Of a DNA stretch of 64,000 nt, positions 60,646 to 64,000 are shown piece after piece. The position numbers and the translations under genes are program-made. Positions within the stretch are counted from its first letter, which is position 1, and the number at the start of each line of letters is the position of its first letter. Source of the stretch: Collinsella sp. (GTDB taxonomy: Bacteria; Actinomycetota; Coriobacteriia; Coriobacteriales; Coriobacteriaceae); contig JAHYYN010000100.1 of the NCBI GenBank assembly GCA_019424945.1, positions 8,910-72,909 of the forward strand, written 5' to 3'. The notes under the pieces were generated by a model. It worked only from the letters and a program-made list of their open reading frames with translations. It had not been told where the DNA came from and did not search any database.

Positions 60646-61147
60646 TCAAGCCGAAGTGTTCAGTTTTCCGCTACCACAGACAGCAAGGCGCTGAATGCTG
60701 GCACGCATGTCGGTGGAATGTCGTGACATGAGCACACGGTCGGGGGTGGTGAACGAGTTCACAACGACATCGCCGCACTTGGCAGCCGAGGCTACCGCGC
60801 TATCCGAAGCGCTGCTCACCACTGGCACGATGCCCTTTGCATCCGCCAGGCCGTAACTGGCGATCTCGAGCCAATCCATCGTGGCGGCATTCCTGCATGG
60901 GAAGCGCCCGGGCCCCTCATCCCTGAACTTGGCCAGCCACCTGTAAAGGCAGGGCCTGCTTACGTGGTTGAGCCTACACCAGTCCCACACACATACTGGA
61001 CGAGAGGCAGCGTTCGATGTGATCTGCCCACATGTTCCTGTGTTCTATGTTTGCCCGCGTCATCGCAACCTCCTGTTGAATAAGGCGTTGCGATAATTTT
61101 GCCCAAAGCTTATCAGGGTGTTAAGACGCGGCTGTTTTGGTGTTTAC
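60646..61147 (-). mobile_element. IS66-family remnant (TnpA-like, frameshifted)
   Basis: W..HIERCLSS.M.V.DWC..N.VS...LYRW; GTAA...TCTT end at 61147. Confidence 0.6.
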
Positions 61148-61206
61148 ACTAAAATCATAAAAGTCATATCATTTCATTAGTTTATTCATCTTTGGATGGA
61201 GGAAGA

Positions 61207-62907
61207 ATGCCAACTAACAGCCAGATTCTGATAGACGGATTCATTTCGGACGAATTCTCTAAGCAGGCTGAGTATAGTTCTAAAGGGGACTACTTTGAAC
61301 TGTTGGCCTCTTCTCGATACATGGCTCCATACGACCTTGACGACGGTGAGATAGCGGAAGGGCTCATTGGAGGGTCGCGAGACGGGGGCTGCGATGCGAT
61401 CTACATCTTTGCCAACAATAATTTCTTGAGTGAGGACGTCCAGATTAAAGACTACATCAATCGTGGATCAAGGGTTGAAATAGTTATTCTTCAGACCAAG
61501 GTTTCAAAATCATTCAAAGAAGACGTGTTCTTGAAGTGGAAGGACACCTGTAATGACCTTCTAACATTCGGTATAAATTTAAATGAATTCAATGATAAAT
61601 ATTCCGAACGTGTTATCGATACTTTTAGAAGAATAAGAGAAGCGATTCAAGCAGCAGCGATGGCCGGAAACGAAATCCGAATGAAGTTCGTGTACATCGC
61701 GAATGCGGATTCACCATCGGACGGCGTTAAGATTCAGAAAGAGCAGCTTCCGGCCGCCATTGACGAAATCGTCGGCGTAAGCCGATTTAGCTCTTCGTGC
61801 GTTTTAGTTGGAGCAGACGAATTGATGCGCATCTGGTCGCCTCCCGCAGAGAGCGGGCTTGTTATGCGTTTTTCGGGGTCCTATGCGTCGGTTCCTCAGA
61901 GAACGGACGTCTTTGGCCTGGTGTCTTTGTCGGATTACTACCGCTTCCTCACTGACGACCAGGGGCAGCTCCGTAGCTATCTTTTCGAGGCGAACGTCAG
62001 AGATTACGAAGGAAATGTTTCAGTCAACAAAGGAATCAGGGAAACGTTGGAGCATCCTAGCGAAGACGATTTCTGGTGGCTCAACAACGGAGTAACGATA
62101 CTGGCTTCTGAAGCCTATCAAATAGCAGGAGCAGAAGTGAAAATGGAAGAGCCTCGCATCGTTAATGGACTTCAAACGTCATATGAAATATACAAATTTA
62201 TGGAGTCTCGTACGGAAGACGCCGAAGATTCCAGAAATGTGATGGTAAAAATCCTTGTGCCCGGAAGCGATGAGACCAGAAACAGAGTGATACTGGCGAC
62301 GAACAACCAAACTCAGGTGAAAAAGACATCGCTTCGCGCTACTGACCAAATCCATATTCAAATCGAACTCTACATGAAAAGAAATGGGTTGTATTACGAA
62401 AGGCGGAAGAACTATTACAAAAACCAGGGGAGGAAGAGGGAGGAGATCGTAACCCTCTCCTTTCTTGCGCAATGCATGATGTCGATACTTCTCGGCAGAC
62501 CGGATCAGGCAAGAGCAAGACCGTCGACGCTTTTGTCTGACGAGGCTCAGTATAAGAAAATATTTGGGCAGGATGGCAACCTTGAGGCTTACTACAGAGC
62601 CGCTAGCCTTGGAAAACAGGTTTGCTTGAGGTTTCCGCAAATTAAGAGAGACTTAGAAGGGTCCCAAATAAGCGACATACGATTTTACGTGATAATGGGC
62701 GTTGCTTCCATCTTGTCCAAAAAAGATAACCTGACGTTCGGTGACATAGAGAAACTCGACCTTGACAAGCTGTCGGATGAAATTATTCAAGAAGTTGCGG
62801 ACATGGTTTTGGATGTTTATCTGGCCCTTGGCGGAACATCCAAAACCGCTAAGTCCTACGCCATGGCAACCAAAGTCAAGGAAAAGATTTCGCTACAGTT
62901 ACCTTAA
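61207..62907 (+). CDS. AIPR family protein (abortive infection phage resistance)
   Basis: D.G.DAIY, ILQTK N-domain; LFEANVRDY, FWWLNNGVTI, IVNGLQTS, ATNNQT, YYERR. Confidence 0.92.
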   Translation: MPTNSQILIDGFISDEFSKQAEYSSKGDYFELLASSRYMAPYDLDDGEIAEGLIGGSRDGGCDAIYIFANNNFLSEDVQIKDYINRGSRVEIVILQTKVSKSFKEDVFLKWKDTCNDLLTFGINLNEFNDKYSERVIDTFRRIREAIQAAAMAGNEIRMKFVYIANADSPSDGVKIQKEQLPAAIDEIVGVSRFSSSCVLVGADELMRIWSPPAESGLVMRFSGSYASVPQRTDVFGLVSLSDYYRFLTDDQGQLRSYLFEANVRDYEGNVSVNKGIRETLEHPSEDDFWWLNNGVTILASEAYQIAGAEVKMEEPRIVNGLQTSYEIYKFMESRTEDAEDSRNVMVKILVPGSDETRNRVILATNNQTQVKKTSLRATDQIHIQIELYMKRNGLYYERRKNYYKNQGRKREEIVTLSFLAQCMMSILLGRPDQARARPSTLLSDEAQYKKIFGQDGNLEAYYRAASLGKQVCLRFPQIKRDLEGSQISDIRFYVIMGVASILSKKDNLTFGDIEKLDLDKLSDEIIQEVADMVLDVYLALGGTSKTAKSYAMATKVKEKISLQLP

Positions 62908-62943
62908 GGTAATCCAAGGCTGCTCTCTAGAATGCTTTCAGCA

Positions 62944-62977
62944 GAGAGGTCCTTTTTGCAAAGGGCCTCTCTTTTTC
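62944..62977 (+). terminator. Terminator after AIPR
   Basis: GAGAGGTCCTTT..AAAGGGCCTCTC followed by TTTTT. Confidence 0.75.
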
Positions 62978-63328
62978 CATTCGGTTCCGAACAGTTTGAC
63001 GCTCACTGATCAGCCCGCATAGTCAGCCGCTTCGCTTTCAGCCCCAACCTTGATGCAAGCGTAGACGACGAGCGTGCACAGCCCCATGCCCATTCCAATC
63101 AGGTGCAGCAGGAAGGCCATTCTGCTCGCCTTCCTCTTCGCCTTCATGCGGCTTCTCGGGGGCGGACCCGTCCGGGCGGCACCCATGAGGCAACCGAGGG
63201 CATGTACAGGGCACAGGGGCAGTAGACCACTGTATGAATCTCACGTACATAGCACAACGGCAGGCCCGTGCATTGCAGACCGCTGCTGGCTGCAATGCAC
63301 GGGGCTTTTGCAGGCCAATGGTTTGTAG

Positions 63329-63715
63329 TTAGTTTGTTGCTCTTTGGCAGCTTTGGCTCATAGCGGCCTTAAAAAAGCCACCATTGTTTTTGCGATTTCC
63401 AGCGTGATTCTGCTGTAGACATGTAGGATGCTTCAGTAGTACAGAGTCGAGCTCATTGACGAGTTCCGGCATCTCGCTTGTGGGCAAAACCCTCTCGAGC
63501 GAGTGGAGCATATTGCTTAAATCGCGCCCGCGCGGCCTTGCACAGCAAAGCCGATCGTCGCGCGCAAATGTTTCGAAAATCGACAAGAATCTCAATGACT
63601 TCAAGGAGGCTTTGAGGCTCCATTCTGTCCTCCTGCTTGCCAGACAGCTCCTGAATCGTACGGATGGAATGAGACCGCAACATCTTGTGCCTAGCAATGG
63701 CTCTAAAAACCACAT
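63329..63715 (-). pseudogene. Abi-like (AbiD/AbiF, Abi_2) C-terminal remnant
   Basis: IEILVDFRNICA / DDRL split across two frames, matching RN.CAH..RL. Confidence 0.6.
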
Positions 63716-63729
63716 TTTTAAAGCACGGT

Positions 63730-63762
63730 TGTTATAATGTCAGACACTAGAACATCTGTTTG
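63730..63762 (+). promoter_or_regulatory. Extended -10 (TGTTATAAT) plus candidate LexA box GAAC-N4-GTTT
   Basis: TATAAT 63733-63738; GAACATCTGTTT 63750-63761 before GAAAGG RBS. Confidence 0.55.
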
Positions 63763-63775
63763 GAAAGGCGGTTAT

Positions 63776-64000
63776 ATGACAAATAGCGCAGACTTTGAAT
63801 CATTCTTGAAGGACATCAATCCCAGCAAGAGCACCATTGATGAAGCGAGTCGACTTCACCGAAATCTCAGGGACCATCTTAAGGCAAGTGAGACCTATGG
63901 GGCTATATGCAAGGACACATACCTCTCGGGTTCATACGCCAAGCAGACCTTCATACGACCGAAGAAAGATTCTGACAGCTGCGATATTGACGTCATCGTT
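63776..64000 (+). CDS. cGAS/DncV-like (SMODS) nucleotidyltransferase, N-terminal 75 codons, runs off window
   Basis: MTNSADFESFLKDINPS...H.NLRDHL...YLSGSYAKQTFIRP.......DIDVIV. Confidence 0.85.
   Translation, partial: MTNSADFESFLKDINPSKSTIDEASRLHRNLRDHLKASETYGAICKDTYLSGSYAKQTFIRPKKDSDSCDIDVIV

Overview
High-GC (about 60% by eye) bacterial chromosome segment; gene content and style suggest Coriobacteriia, Collinsella-like (inference). Left to right: the tail of a cobalamin operon (cobD-cobQ-cobO-cobH-cobK) ending in an IS21 scar; a MacAB-type ABC exporter; an L,D-transpeptidase; a fused L-serine dehydratase; the housekeeping block metK / gltX-priA-def-fmt-rsmB, whose spacers hold several families of long palindromic repeats; a glycogen cluster (glgB-glgP-glgC-glgD-glgA plus a GH13-MalQ fusion; GlgA and GlgB carry Lys/Ala/Pro-rich tails); a HAD hydrolase, thiN and tRNA-Ala(GGC); a LoaP/UpxY-led Wzy-type polysaccharide locus with LicD/LicC-LicA/TagF/TagD/TarI-like genes and a decayed distal end; then an IS-littered putative defence island (DUF6414-like gene, 623-bp mini-IS21 with target duplication, 738-aa unknown protein, AIPR, Abi remnant). 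The window ends in the N-terminus of a cGAS/DncV-like (SMODS) nucleotidyltransferase that the ORF track misses. Most interesting signals: that CD-NTase with a candidate SOS box, a repeat family flanked on one side by strong strand-biased T/G enrichment, two fixed-geometry 122-bp elements, and a structured leader upstream of loaP. All family calls are from motif recognition by eye; no searches were run.
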